From an uncultured Collinsella sp. (lineage in GTDB: Bacteria; Actinomycetota; Coriobacteriia; Coriobacteriales; Coriobacteriaceae): a DNA stretch of 41,912 nucleotides. The notes beneath the pieces are model-generated. The model ran no database searches and was not told where the DNA came from. It saw nothing but the letters and a program-made list of their open reading frames with translations. Positions within the stretch are counted from its first letter, which is position 1; every line of letters begins with the position of its first letter. The position numbers were made by a program, and so were the translations under genes. Where the stretch lies: positions 1 to 41,912 of the forward strand of contig CAADVE010000115.1 of NCBI GenBank assembly GCA_900752425.1, read 5' to 3'. Below, piece by piece: positions 30,409 through 39,886 of the stretch.

Positions 30409-31322
30409 AGCGGACAGACGAGGGTTTTTGCCATATCGCACAGGCGCTTTGACAGGGCGGGGTCATCCAAGATGCGGATGGCTCCGCCCGCTGCGATTAC
30501 CTGGCTCAGTAGCCAACGCTCGGAGCCGTAATGCACGGTTACCGTTGCCATGTCTGCCCCGCCGCGCTCGATTAGGGTGATGCCGGCCCAGTCCAGATGC
30601 TCCGCCATATCGAATGGCATCAAGAGCTTTGCGCTGCGCTGCGTCCGGGCAAGGGAATCGTGGAGGGATGCGACGTCCGGTGTGTGAGGCACGACGGAGT
30701 CTTCCGTCAAGGCGAGTCCCTCGATTTTATCCATGCGATAGGTGCGCTGCTCATCGACCGCGATGTCCCAGGCAATCAGGTATGTTTGGTCGCCGTTTGC
30801 CGTAATGCGCAAGGGGTCGACCAGACGCTCACGTGGCCGTGCATCGTCCATCGAGCGATACGAGATGCGGCAGCGAACACCGTCCTGAATGGCGCAGCTC
30901 AGCTGCTGCCAGTGCGACCCGTGGTTGACGGTGTCAAAGACGCGCTGGTTATAGCCGAGCTCTTCGGGTAGAAGGGCATGTCGAATCCGAGCTGCCGTAT
31001 GCGGCTCGATCCCCAACGATTCAAGTTCATGGTTGAGCACAGCGCCCTCGGCGGCACTCAAGCGCAGCGGTAGCACACGCCCGGCGTCACCGGTGAGGAC
31101 CACACGCTCGCCGCGGCATTCGCAGATGATGCGCGCGCCCGATTCTCGGTCCGCGAGCGTCGAGACGATCTCGAGAATCTCGTCGAGCGATACCCCCGTG
31201 ATGTCAAAGCGACTGCAAATCTCGGTCCGTGTCATGCCGCTCTCGCCGGCGGCGTAGAGGGCCTCCATGATGTCGATGGCGCGCGAGAGTCTCTGCTCGC
31301 TGGTGAGTTTACGCACGGGCAT
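30405..31322 (-). CDS. WYL-domain transcriptional regulator, PafC-like
   Basis: N-terminal wHTH, PLRLSAAEGAVL, RLVDPL..YLIAWD..RTYRMDKI, WCX-like tail. Start ATG 31322 inferred from AAAGGA. Confidence 0.88.
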   Translation of the reverse strand: MPVRKLTSEQRLSRAIDIMEALYAAGESGMTRTEICSRFDITGVSLDEILEIVSTLADRESGARIICECRGERVVLTGDAGRVLPLRLSAAEGAVLNHELESLGIEPHTAARIRHALLPEELGYNQRVFDTVNHGSHWQQLSCAIQDGVRCRISYRSMDDARPRERLVDPLRITANGDQTYLIAWDIAVDEQRTYRMDKIEGLALTEDSVVPHTPDVASLHDSLARTQRSAKLLMPFDMAEHLDWAGITLIERGGADMATVTVHYGSERWLLSQVIAAGGAIRILDDPALSKRLCDMAKTLVCPL

Positions 31323-32331
31323 ACTCGTGCACCGTCCTTTCAATGAGGTGGTTCCACGCCTGTTTGAGCGATTTGGGGGCCACGGGCCTCATGCCGTCCA
31401 TGGCGTGGGCCATGCAAAATGAGGCGCCGGCTTCAAGATCGCGCACGTCAACGGTCCAGGTCCATCCCACATCGGTGTGTACGAGCTCACCTCGCCCACG
31501 CGTGAGACCGTTGATCATATCGATCTGCGTCTGAGGGGCGAATGAGAACGTGGCTGCAACGGGCGGTCGGTCGGCAAAATCGAATTCAAAGAACAGGTAG
31601 TCGCTGAGGTTGAAGTCCGCGGGGATGACGTAGGCCTTCGAAGGACGCCAAGCGCGAACGATACGGTCGCAGCGGAATGTCCTGATGTCGTCGGTGACGT
31701 TGTCGAGGCCGCAGAAGTAAGCCACGCCCTCGCGCTCGAACATGCCGTAGACGCAGACGGTACGTTCTCTCTGCTCGCCGCGTCCGTTCTGATATAAAAA
31801 TCGCAGCGCGCATCGCTCGGCAAAGGCGCTCCAAACCGCATCGACGGTGGGAGAGCGGCTGATCGGCGCCTCGTCTACCGTCGTCCTGTCGGTGAGATAG
31901 GCAATCTTGGAGCGAATATCGGCAAGCGGTGCGGCAAAAGTGGATGAGCCGGCCGCTAGTGTCTGGTCGATGGCGTTGAGCAGGATATCGGCGTCGTCTG
32001 CGGTAATGAGGCCGCCTGCCGCAAACGTGTGCTCGCGGTCGATTGTCCACGAGCTTTCCTCGGTCTCCTGCGCGCCGGTGGGGCGAACCTCCTTGATTAA
32101 GATGCCGCGTTCGAGCAGCTTGTCACGATCGCGTCGAAACTTGCGCTTATCCGAGTCGATATTGCCCGAGCCATATCCCAGGTCAGAATCCAAGACGATC
32201 TGCTCGGTCGTCAGCGGTTCGGGGGAGCTATTGAGCACAAAGAAAAGATTGAGGATGCGCTGAGCCGTTTTATCGAAACTGGGCTCCGAATTTCCCTTTT
32301 TAATTGTCTCGGTCGTGTCGCTTGCCGTCAT
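31309..32331 (-). CDS. WYL-domain transcriptional regulator, PafB-like
   Basis: QRILNLFFVL..GY..RKFRRDRDKLLERGI (PafB-like wHTH) and AYFCGLD..IRTFRCDRI. Confidence 0.88.
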   Translation of the reverse strand: MTASDTTETIKKGNSEPSFDKTAQRILNLFFVLNSSPEPLTTEQIVLDSDLGYGSGNIDSDKRKFRRDRDKLLERGILIKEVRPTGAQETEESSWTIDREHTFAAGGLITADDADILLNAIDQTLAAGSSTFAAPLADIRSKIAYLTDRTTVDEAPISRSPTVDAVWSAFAERCALRFLYQNGRGEQRERTVCVYGMFEREGVAYFCGLDNVTDDIRTFRCDRIVRAWRPSKAYVIPADFNLSDYLFFEFDFADRPPVAATFSFAPQTQIDMINGLTRGRGELVHTDVGWTWTVDVRDLEAGASFCMAHAMDGMRPVAPKSLKQAWNHLIERTVHEYARA

Positions 32332-32529
32332 AGAGTCCTCGCATGAGAAGGTGGTTTGCTGCCATGATTTTAGTCCGATATGGAGATTAGGCTATATCCT
32401 TGTCCGCTCGGGGCGTTAAGATGGCCCGAATTCGGTCGTTTGCGCTCGCTCGGGGTATACTTTCGACTATATACGGTTCTAATGTGCATGCATTGGGCCT
32501 ATTTGTCGGATAATGGATGTGGAGCGCAC

Positions 32530-35500
32530 ATGGCGAACACCCAGAACTATATTAACCACCTGCTGCAGAACACCGGCATTACGCCGGCATGCAGCGAAGA
32601 AGAGCGCTTGGCTGCCGAAGATATCGCTCAGATCTTCCGCAACCACGGCTTTGACCCCGAGGTTCAGGAGTTCAATGCCCCGGCGCCCAGTAGGTTGGCA
32701 TTTGCCGTTACCGGTATTCTTGCGTTTGCCGGCGCCCTGCTGATGGGCATCGGCGGCGGTATCGGCTTGGTCGGCACCTTGCTGGCCATTGTCGGCGCCG
32801 TTCTTTACGTGCTCGAGCGCACGGGCCACCCCGTGGTTTCGCGCCTGGGCAAGACGGGCGTGAGCCAAAATGTCATCGCCTACCACAAAGCCTCGGGCCC
32901 GCTCGCGTCCCCGCGTAACCGCCCGGTGGTCGTTGTCGCACACTACGACTCTCCCCGTGCTGAGCTGCTCGCCCGCGAGCCTTATGCTTCGTATCGTGCG
33001 CTCATCGCCAAGCTGTTGCCCGTTGCCACGGTTGCCCCCGCTGCCGTTGCCATCCTGCGTATTCTGCCGCTCCCCGGCGCGCTCAAGGTTCTGCTGTGGA
33101 TTGTCGCGATCCTCGCTTCCCTCGTTGCACTCGCCAACGCGGTAAACATCATCTCTAGCCGCCACATTCTTCCCTATACGTCTGGCGCGGTGTGCAACAA
33201 GTCTTCTGTCGCCGCTATGCTCGGCGTTATGGACAACGTTGCTCCCTTCCAGGGCGAAAACGAGTTTCCCGACGATGTTCCGTTCGATACCTATTTTGGG
33301 GAGCAGAAGCGTCGTGCCGAGGAAATGGCGCGCGCAGCGGCGGAATATGCCGCGGCCCAGCAGCAAAACGACTACGGCAACACCATCGAGTATGAAGAGC
33401 CTACCTACGCCGAGGACGAATTCGGTCAGCCGATTGCTCCCGACGCTCAGACCGAGCCCGAACAGGGTGAGGCTTTCGACGAGCAAATCGAGGGCTTTGA
33501 GGGTGCGTCTGCCGACGAGACGCTGATCGGCGCTATCGTGCCCGAGGATCAGAATCAGGCTGCCCAAGCCGAAGAGTTCAATGACGAGGTTCCCGCTGCC
33601 GAGCCGGCGGAGGAGTCTGCCGAGCCCGAGCCCAAGCTCTATCGCAACGCCGCCGGCAACATCCGCTTTGGTTCGGATGCCATCCGTGCGCTCGGAATGC
33701 TTCCCGAGTCCTGCACGCTCGATTACGAGGAGGGCGAGGAGCCAACGTTTGAGCCCGAGCCTGCCCCCGTCGTGGCTGCGCCTGCGCCCGTTGTCGCTGC
33801 GGATGATGAGTCTGCCGCGGTTACCGCTGCCGTTGCCGATCCCGAGGCGGTGTCCGCGTTCGATCCCGCGGCAGGACTGGACATTTTGGCTCCCGCCGCA
33901 CCGGCGCAAGACGTTGCGGACGAGTCTGACGACGATTACGTTGAACAACCGAGGCGCGTATCTTACGAGAGCGATACTGATTTCTCGGCCGAGATTCCCG
34001 CGGCAACGCCGCATGCCGACATTGCATCCGCGTTCTCGTCGATTGGCGCCAGCGCTTCCAACTTCTTTAAGGGTGCGTTTGCAAAGGGCAAGAAATTTGT
34101 CGACGATTTCGAGGAGAAGCGCGCTGCCGCACGCGAGGCTGCCGAGCAGGAGGCTATCGCTCAGCAGCAGGCAGCCGAGGCGGCACGTGAGCTCGCGGCG
34201 CAAGAGTTCGAGCAGAACGAGGCTATGCAGTCCGCGCCCGTCGAAGCCGCCGAAGCTACAACGTCCTTTGAGTCCCAGCAACCGGCGTCCGCGGATGTTG
34301 TTGAAGCGACGACGTCTTTCGAGGCTCAGCAGCACGTCGATAGCACCATGTCGTTTGATGCCGCGCAGTTCGATTCCACGATAACGTTTGAAAAACAGGG
34401 CACCGCGATTGCCGAGCCCCTTCCTGTTTCCGATGAGCAGGGCGACGCGGCAGACGATGACGAGCCTGTTGATGCTGCCGAAATCCAAGATGCCGCCGAG
34501 GACGAGCCCGTCGAGGCCAACTCTGACGAAGAGCAATACGCGGCAGCCGAGCAAGATGATTCGACCGAGGTCGAGCAGGAGGAAGTGCCTGCGGTTTCCG
34601 AGACTCCCGAGACGGATGAGTCGAGGCCTTATTCCACGCAGATTTTCACCATGCCGACCCCGAGTGGTTCCGGTGCCACGGTTGCCAATGTCGCTCCCAC
34701 CCAGGACGAAACGGTCGATTCCCTTATGGCCCAGATTTCCTCCCAGGCATCGCCGCGCCCGCAGATGAATGTTCCCGATCCGGCGTCGGCACCGTCGCCT
34801 GCACCTTCCTCGTCTCCGCTGGCTTCGGTCCCCGATCCGTCGCTGCCGTCTATGAAGCAGGCAAACGTTGCGTCTCGCACGTCGCTGTTCGACCTTCCCG
34901 ATCCCTCCGCACAGGTCAACGACCCCTTTGCTACCGCCCAAGGCCCCGAACCCACATCGGCACCCGTTGCGCCTCCTATGCCCGTTGCGTCGGGCGCACA
35001 GCCGATCGAGACCATTTCGGCTCCCGCCCCGGCGGCACTCAAGTCTCGTAAGCGCGGCCTGGGTGGTCTGTTCGGCCGTAAAAAGAAAAACGAGCAGGAC
35101 AGCATGAGTGACTGGCTGGGCGTCGAAGACGATTACGATGCCAAGAAGTCCGGTCGCGGTATCGGTTCGTGGGATAACTTCGAGGACGATAACGATGGCT
35201 GGAAGGGTGGCGCTACGTCTTCCGATGGCGCTTCTTCCGAAGATATGCTCTCGGCTGTCGCCTCTATGGGCGATGATGAGCTGCTCGGTCACGATATCTG
35301 GTTTGTGGCAACGGGCGCCTCGGATTGTGATGGCGCTGGCATGAAGGCCTTCTTGGCTTCGCATCGCGATAAGCTCCGCGGCGTATTCTTTATCAATCTT
35401 GAATCCGTCGGCGCCGGTAGGCTTTCGGTGGTGACGGTCGAGGGCGAACAACAACTGCTCAAGGGCGATCGCCGCATCATGAACCTGGTCAGCAAGGTCT

Positions 35501-35721
35501 GCAAGTCGTTCCATGTCGATTGTGGCGCGCTCGAGATGCCCTATGCCAAGACCGATGCCTATGCCGCGCTCGAGGCGAGCCGCCGAGCCCTTACCATCGC
35601 CGGCGTGGACGGCACGCGTCTGGCTTGCGCTCGTACCGAGGACGACCTGCCCCACAATGTCAACCCGACGAACATTGCTACGGTATCCGAGGTCGTGACC
35701 GAGGTTATCCGCCGTTCGTAG
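32530..35721 (+). CDS. Membrane protein with split, degenerate M28-peptidase-like domain and long acidic insert
   Basis: SEEERLAAEDI, SQNVIA, VVVAHYDS, GAVCNKSSVAAML, then after the insert FVATGASDCDGAGMKAF, INLESVG, TDAY. About 4 TM segments. ATG 32530 after GGAG. Confidence 0.75.
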   Translation: MANTQNYINHLLQNTGITPACSEEERLAAEDIAQIFRNHGFDPEVQEFNAPAPSRLAFAVTGILAFAGALLMGIGGGIGLVGTLLAIVGAVLYVLERTGHPVVSRLGKTGVSQNVIAYHKASGPLASPRNRPVVVVAHYDSPRAELLAREPYASYRALIAKLLPVATVAPAAVAILRILPLPGALKVLLWIVAILASLVALANAVNIISSRHILPYTSGAVCNKSSVAAMLGVMDNVAPFQGENEFPDDVPFDTYFGEQKRRAEEMARAAAEYAAAQQQNDYGNTIEYEEPTYAEDEFGQPIAPDAQTEPEQGEAFDEQIEGFEGASADETLIGAIVPEDQNQAAQAEEFNDEVPAAEPAEESAEPEPKLYRNAAGNIRFGSDAIRALGMLPESCTLDYEEGEEPTFEPEPAPVVAAPAPVVAADDESAAVTAAVADPEAVSAFDPAAGLDILAPAAPAQDVADESDDDYVEQPRRVSYESDTDFSAEIPAATPHADIASAFSSIGASASNFFKGAFAKGKKFVDDFEEKRAAAREAAEQEAIAQQQAAEAARELAAQEFEQNEAMQSAPVEAAEATTSFESQQPASADVVEATTSFEAQQHVDSTMSFDAAQFDSTITFEKQGTAIAEPLPVSDEQGDAADDDEPVDAAEIQDAAEDEPVEANSDEEQYAAAEQDDSTEVEQEEVPAVSETPETDESRPYSTQIFTMPTPSGSGATVANVAPTQDETVDSLMAQISSQASPRPQMNVPDPASAPSPAPSSSPLASVPDPSLPSMKQANVASRTSLFDLPDPSAQVNDPFATAQGPEPTSAPVAPPMPVASGAQPIETISAPAPAALKSRKRGLGGLFGRKKKNEQDSMSDWLGVEDDYDAKKSGRGIGSWDNFEDDNDGWKGGATSSDGASSEDMLSAVASMGDDELLGHDIWFVATGASDCDGAGMKAFLASHRDKLRGVFFINLESVGAGRLSVVTVEGEQQLLKGDRRIMNLVSKVCKSFHVDCGALEMPYAKTDAYAALEASRRALTIAGVDGTRLACARTEDDLPHNVNPTNIATVSEVVTEVIRRS

Positions 35722-35742
35722 ACGGAGCTCTAAGGAGTCAAC

Positions 35743-35961
35743 GTGTTTTCGTATATTAAGCGCCATTGGCCTGTCTACGTGATTTTGACCTTGATTGCCA
35801 TTGCGTTAGGATTTGGGGCTGCCTACATCGTGGGCGCAAAGGGCTCGACCCCCGCCTCCGCAATCAGCGAAGAGGTGGAGCAAGAACAGAGTACGGGTGC
35901 TGATGGGATTCCTGAGTCCGAGCAAGCAATCGTTGATGGTGGATCTTCGTCTGCAGAGTAG
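35743..35961 (+). CDS. Small single-TM protein
   Basis: GTG with RBS AAGGAG, basic N-terminus, TM segment, acidic tail. Confidence 0.7.
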   Translation: MFSYIKRHWPVYVILTLIAIALGFGAAYIVGAKGSTPASAISEEVEQEQSTGADGIPESEQAIVDGGSSSAE

Positions 35962-35982
35962 ATACGGCGATTTACATGATTG

Positions 35983-36020
35983 AAAGCGGGTGAGCCGGGG
36001 GACTGGCTCGCCCGCTTTTT
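35983..36020. terminator. Likely bidirectional terminator
   Basis: AAAGCGGGTGAGCC-loop-GGCTCGCCCGCTTTTT between convergent genes. Confidence 0.8.
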
Positions 36021-36027
36021 GATCGCG

Positions 36028-39000
36028 CTAGCGCTTCTTTGGGATCGACCTAAGGCGAGCGAACCATAGGGCTGCGGCACCCGAGGTCAGGAACGCGGTG
36101 ATGCAAGCGGCGATGGGAACTGCTCCTGTTGCCGGTAGGTCCTGCGGTAGGGTACAGCGTTGAATGACACAGTCCTCGTCATGTGACTCAAGTTTATCGC
36201 CGCCGCCGTTGCGGCAAAGATCGACGCGTGCGCTGTTGGTGAGTGCAGTTTGGGGCGTATAAGCCGACGTTGCCTGCATGTGCACGACTGCGCCCCGAGC
36301 GTCTGTGCCAAGGATTGCTTTGGCATCGTCAAGGTCGTCGTGCTCATCTTTGAGATCATCGCGGGTCCAAGAATCCGCATCGCTTCGAGTCGTAAAGTCG
36401 GCGGCTACCGCACCGTATTCAATTCGAATGCCCGTTACGACGGTATTGGGTGTAAGGTCGAGCTCTTCCGCCTCGAGTGTGGTGGATTCCGTGGTCGAGA
36501 CATCCGCCTTCCAGAGGCGCCAGCCGTCGTAATCGACGAGGCGACAGTCCTCACCAAGGCTCTCTTTTACTTCGTCGGACTCAAGCCAAGGATTTTCGTG
36601 CCCATCGTCAAGTGTCGCGTTTGCCGGCTCACCGACGTCTGTCGAGTCCAACGGCGTCGTGCGATACCATACGTTGCACAGACCGTTGAGGTCGCCGATG
36701 GCGACGGGGGTTTCGATTGAGATGAATCTCGCTGTGCCGTCTTTGGCGCACTCAAGATCATCGGTAATCGTAAACTCATCAACCCAAGTAGCGGAATCGT
36801 TTCGAGCATCGATGGTATAGGAGAAAAGCCCATCACTATTGGTTTGCGTCGTGGCGCGGTTTTTACCATCGCCGTTAGCCAACAGGCCCTTTTCGATAGG
36901 TTGGACAAGTTCCTGACGCTTGTCGACCTGTCCCTTGATCTCGATGGGCGCATCCTTCATCGCGATAGTTTGGACTTCTCCCGTATCCTTTATTTCAAAC
37001 GTTATTTCCTCGGCAAGGTCATAGGTCCGCGGAGACATCATTTCGCGCAACGAGTAGGTGCCGGGTGCAAGATGTTCGACGCGGTGTGGCTTGTCGGATG
37101 AGGTCCAGGAGTCTATTTCGGTTTTATCGGGACCATATAAGGTGAGTTGTGCGCCTTCCACTTCCTGCTCACCGCTTGCATCGACCTTGGAGATATCAAC
37201 CTTGGTGTAATCGTCGGATACGTTAAGCCGTGCTTCTACAACGGGTGTTTTCTGGTCGGCATAAGTAAGGTCGACAATATGGGTTGTCCGATCGAGCAAG
37301 AAGCCTGCCGGCGCTTGAGTCTCGACAACCTCGTAGCGTGCGGTGCCAAGTCCCAGCGGGAGGTTGTCCGCGCGTGCTTCTCCAGTTTCATCCGTCGTGA
37401 CGGTCGCGACAGTCTCACCGTCGAGCGCGGCAATGCTACCGTCGGGGCGCACGATATCACCCGAGGCACGGATCTCAAAGACGGCGCCCGCGAGGCTGCT
37501 GCCGTCTATGGCATCGGTTTTAACGATCCTGATGTTTCCGGTCGCGGCGTGGTCATAATACGAGGCGACTGCAACGGGCGTTAGGTTCATGTCGGCGGGT
37601 ATGTTTACCTCGATCTCTTCGCCGACAAGATAGGGCTCTTTGGCCGAGGTTTCGCGTACATAATAGGTGCCCGGCACGAGCGATTCGGGCAGTGTGACGG
37701 TCCCGGTCGCGTCAGTCGTAAAGGTGTCCATTACGTCATGTGCTGGATACCAGCAAGTTTGTGAGACAGGTTCGTGATTGCTGTCGAGGAGTTGGAAGGT
37801 GAATCCGGCTAGGGGAACAGAAGCGCCTGTTTGGGCATCGCGTTTTACAATCTGGAGATGCGTCGACAGAGCGTGGTTGTCCACGATATATTGAAGCTCG
37901 GCGCCGTCGGAAATCTGATTGGCCCCGACGGTCCATTCCCCTGCACGTTTAAAACCCTCGGGGACGGTTTCCGGAACCTCGCGAACCGTGTAGCCGGCAC
38001 GGTCGTATGGGACGGCTCCGTGGACACCGGCGGGTCGCTTGCCTGTGCCGAACCATGCTTCGGGCTGATCTTTGGTGGAGGCAAAGCCATAGATGTTTGT
38101 GGTCAGTGTGCCAACAACCTGCTGAGAGCTGTTGCTGACAACCTCAAAGACAACACCTTCCGCCGGCTGCTCCAGGCCGGATTGGTCGCTATTGCCGTAA
38201 TCCTTGAATTTGGAAATCTCAAGGTTAAACGCAATGGGGATATCGGAAACGCGAGATTCGATCTCGACCACGCCTGAATCGCCGAGCTGGTCGGCTCCAA
38301 CGGTATAGGTCCAGCTGTCGTTGGATGGCAGGTAGCCCTCGGGGGCTTTTGATTCGTAGATGGTAAAGGTTCCTAAGGGGACATCGGCGAGGGTGGCCCG
38401 ACCGCTTTCGTCGGTCGTGAGGATTTGTGCCCATCCAGGGGTTGATTGCGACACACACGTGAACTCTGCTCCTGCGAGTGAAGATCCCACCTGGGGGCCG
38501 GCATTCGTCGCGGCATCGAGTTTTACGATACGCAGATTGATGGTGCCGGGCTGTTCATCAATGGCGACCCGCCCGCCGTCATTCCCCGTGGTAAAGGCAA
38601 TACGATCGTGGCGGGGGACATAGCCGGCCGGCGCCTTCGTTTCAACTAGGTAGTATGCCGTGTTGGGCAGAAGTGTTGCTTGCGCTCGACCGTTGCTGTC
38701 CATCTTGATGGTGCCGACACGCGCGCCGCTGGCGCTCTCAAAAATATCGAATGTTGCCCCGGTAAACTGATAGGTATTGTTTCCGCTGGTAATAACGGTG
38801 TTAGCAGACTGCTTTTGGAAGGAAACAGAGACCGCCGGCAGTACATAGAGCATGTCTTGACGTTTGCTGCCGCCCGATACGGCCCCTAGATAGCGTCGCG
38901 CGCGGTGCGGAGCGGCTTCGATGCTTCCTGATTTTGCGCTGTCGTGGAGCCACCGCGCAGCCGCCACGACTTCATTGTCGGCGGTAAAGTGTCCGCTCTT

Positions 39001-39459
39001 GGTTTTACCCTGAGCGGTCGTGTAGGAGTAGGTGCCGTCGACATGGGTAGTGCCGTTGAGCATCCATACGGCAAGCTGGGTGGCGGCGCGGGCGCGATCG
39101 GGTGAAAGATGGTAACCGCCAAACGACGTGGTGGTGGGATATCCGTGACAAACGATTGCCGCGAACTCGTCGTCGAGCCACACCCAGCCTTGATCAAAGT
39201 TGAGCCATGGGCCGCCCGGTTTGGTGGGGCCGGGGCGCTCCTGGTTCATGCAGTAGGCAATCGAGGTGTCTTGAGCTTCATACTTGCCGATGAAGAAGGG
39301 CCCACAATCATCGCTAATAGTGCGGAAGCCGAGCTGGTCGTAGCCATCGACGGCAAATGCGGCTCCCGGTGCCAGGCAGCCGAAAAGCAGGAAGAGGAGC
39401 AGGAGCAGCGGACCTGTTGCGATTGCGCTGTGGACAGAGTGCGTGGGTGCGTTGGACAT
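36028..39459 (-). CDS. Thioester-domain (TED/TQXA) LPXTG surface adhesin with SpaA/CnaB-like repeats
   Basis: Signal peptide, AYCMN and ATQLAVW motifs, about six E-box units (YYLVETKAPAGY, FTIYESKAPEGY, YEVVETQAPAGF...), then LPATG + TM + basic tail. Confidence 0.85.
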   Translation of the reverse strand: MSNAPTHSVHSAIATGPLLLLLFLLFGCLAPGAAFAVDGYDQLGFRTISDDCGPFFIGKYEAQDTSIAYCMNQERPGPTKPGGPWLNFDQGWVWLDDEFAAIVCHGYPTTTSFGGYHLSPDRARAATQLAVWMLNGTTHVDGTYSYTTAQGKTKSGHFTADNEVVAAARWLHDSAKSGSIEAAPHRARRYLGAVSGGSKRQDMLYVLPAVSVSFQKQSANTVITSGNNTYQFTGATFDIFESASGARVGTIKMDSNGRAQATLLPNTAYYLVETKAPAGYVPRHDRIAFTTGNDGGRVAIDEQPGTINLRIVKLDAATNAGPQVGSSLAGAEFTCVSQSTPGWAQILTTDESGRATLADVPLGTFTIYESKAPEGYLPSNDSWTYTVGADQLGDSGVVEIESRVSDIPIAFNLEISKFKDYGNSDQSGLEQPAEGVVFEVVSNSSQQVVGTLTTNIYGFASTKDQPEAWFGTGKRPAGVHGAVPYDRAGYTVREVPETVPEGFKRAGEWTVGANQISDGAELQYIVDNHALSTHLQIVKRDAQTGASVPLAGFTFQLLDSNHEPVSQTCWYPAHDVMDTFTTDATGTVTLPESLVPGTYYVRETSAKEPYLVGEEIEVNIPADMNLTPVAVASYYDHAATGNIRIVKTDAIDGSSLAGAVFEIRASGDIVRPDGSIAALDGETVATVTTDETGEARADNLPLGLGTARYEVVETQAPAGFLLDRTTHIVDLTYADQKTPVVEARLNVSDDYTKVDISKVDASGEQEVEGAQLTLYGPDKTEIDSWTSSDKPHRVEHLAPGTYSLREMMSPRTYDLAEEITFEIKDTGEVQTIAMKDAPIEIKGQVDKRQELVQPIEKGLLANGDGKNRATTQTNSDGLFSYTIDARNDSATWVDEFTITDDLECAKDGTARFISIETPVAIGDLNGLCNVWYRTTPLDSTDVGEPANATLDDGHENPWLESDEVKESLGEDCRLVDYDGWRLWKADVSTTESTTLEAEELDLTPNTVVTGIRIEYGAVAADFTTRSDADSWTRDDLKDEHDDLDDAKAILGTDARGAVVHMQATSAYTPQTALTNSARVDLCRNGGGDKLESHDEDCVIQRCTLPQDLPATGAVPIAACITAFLTSGAAALWFARLRSIPKKR

Positions 39460-39713
39460 GGCTGCTCCTTATCCCTCGTGCGCCGCACGGGGAGGCTGCG
39501 ACGCGTAGGATGAGGCTACCCCCGAGGTTCATGCGGGTAAGTACCGGAGCCTGACCAAAAGCTTGCCCAATTCCTGACAAATTGAGCTCAAATACAACAA
39601 TCAAGCAAAAGCGCAGGTAGAAGATAAGGAGAACAGGAGGTCAAAGGTCCTCATCTCCACAATTGACGCGATTTTCAAACGAATCTCCATAGCTAAAACA
39701 AGCATCGCCACCC

Positions 39714-39743
39714 TTGTATCGAACAAGACAACCGCGTTATACT
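39714..39743 (+). promoter_or_regulatory. Promoter of tRNA-Gly
   Basis: TTGTAT-18 nt-TATACT just upstream of the tRNA. Confidence 0.65.
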
Positions 39744-39756
39744 ATCCCCCACATAT

Positions 39757-39831
39757 GCGGGCATCGCCAAGTGGTAAGGCATCAGCTTCCCAAGCTGACA
39801 CTCGCGGGTTCGAGTCCCGTTGCCCGCTCCA
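39757..39831 (+). tRNA. tRNA-Gly (CCC)
   Basis: GCGGGCATCGCCAAGTGGTAAGGC-ATCAGC-TTCCCAA-GCTGA...GGTTCGAGTCCCGTTGCCCGCTCCA. Confidence 0.95.
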
Positions 39832-39842
39832 GCTAGAAGCAC

Positions 39843-39875
39843 AAGCACGGCACCATTACGGTGCCGTGCTTTTTT
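39843..39875 (+). terminator. Terminator of tRNA-Gly
   Basis: AAGCACGGCACC-ATTAC-GGTGCCGTGCTTTTTT. Confidence 0.85.
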
Positions 39876-39886
39876 CAATAAAGCGC

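Noticed and set aside
27514..32331. DinG + WYL as a type IV CRISPR or anti-phage island
   Set aside because: No cas/csf genes, array or mobile genes. Host-like GC and housekeeping context.
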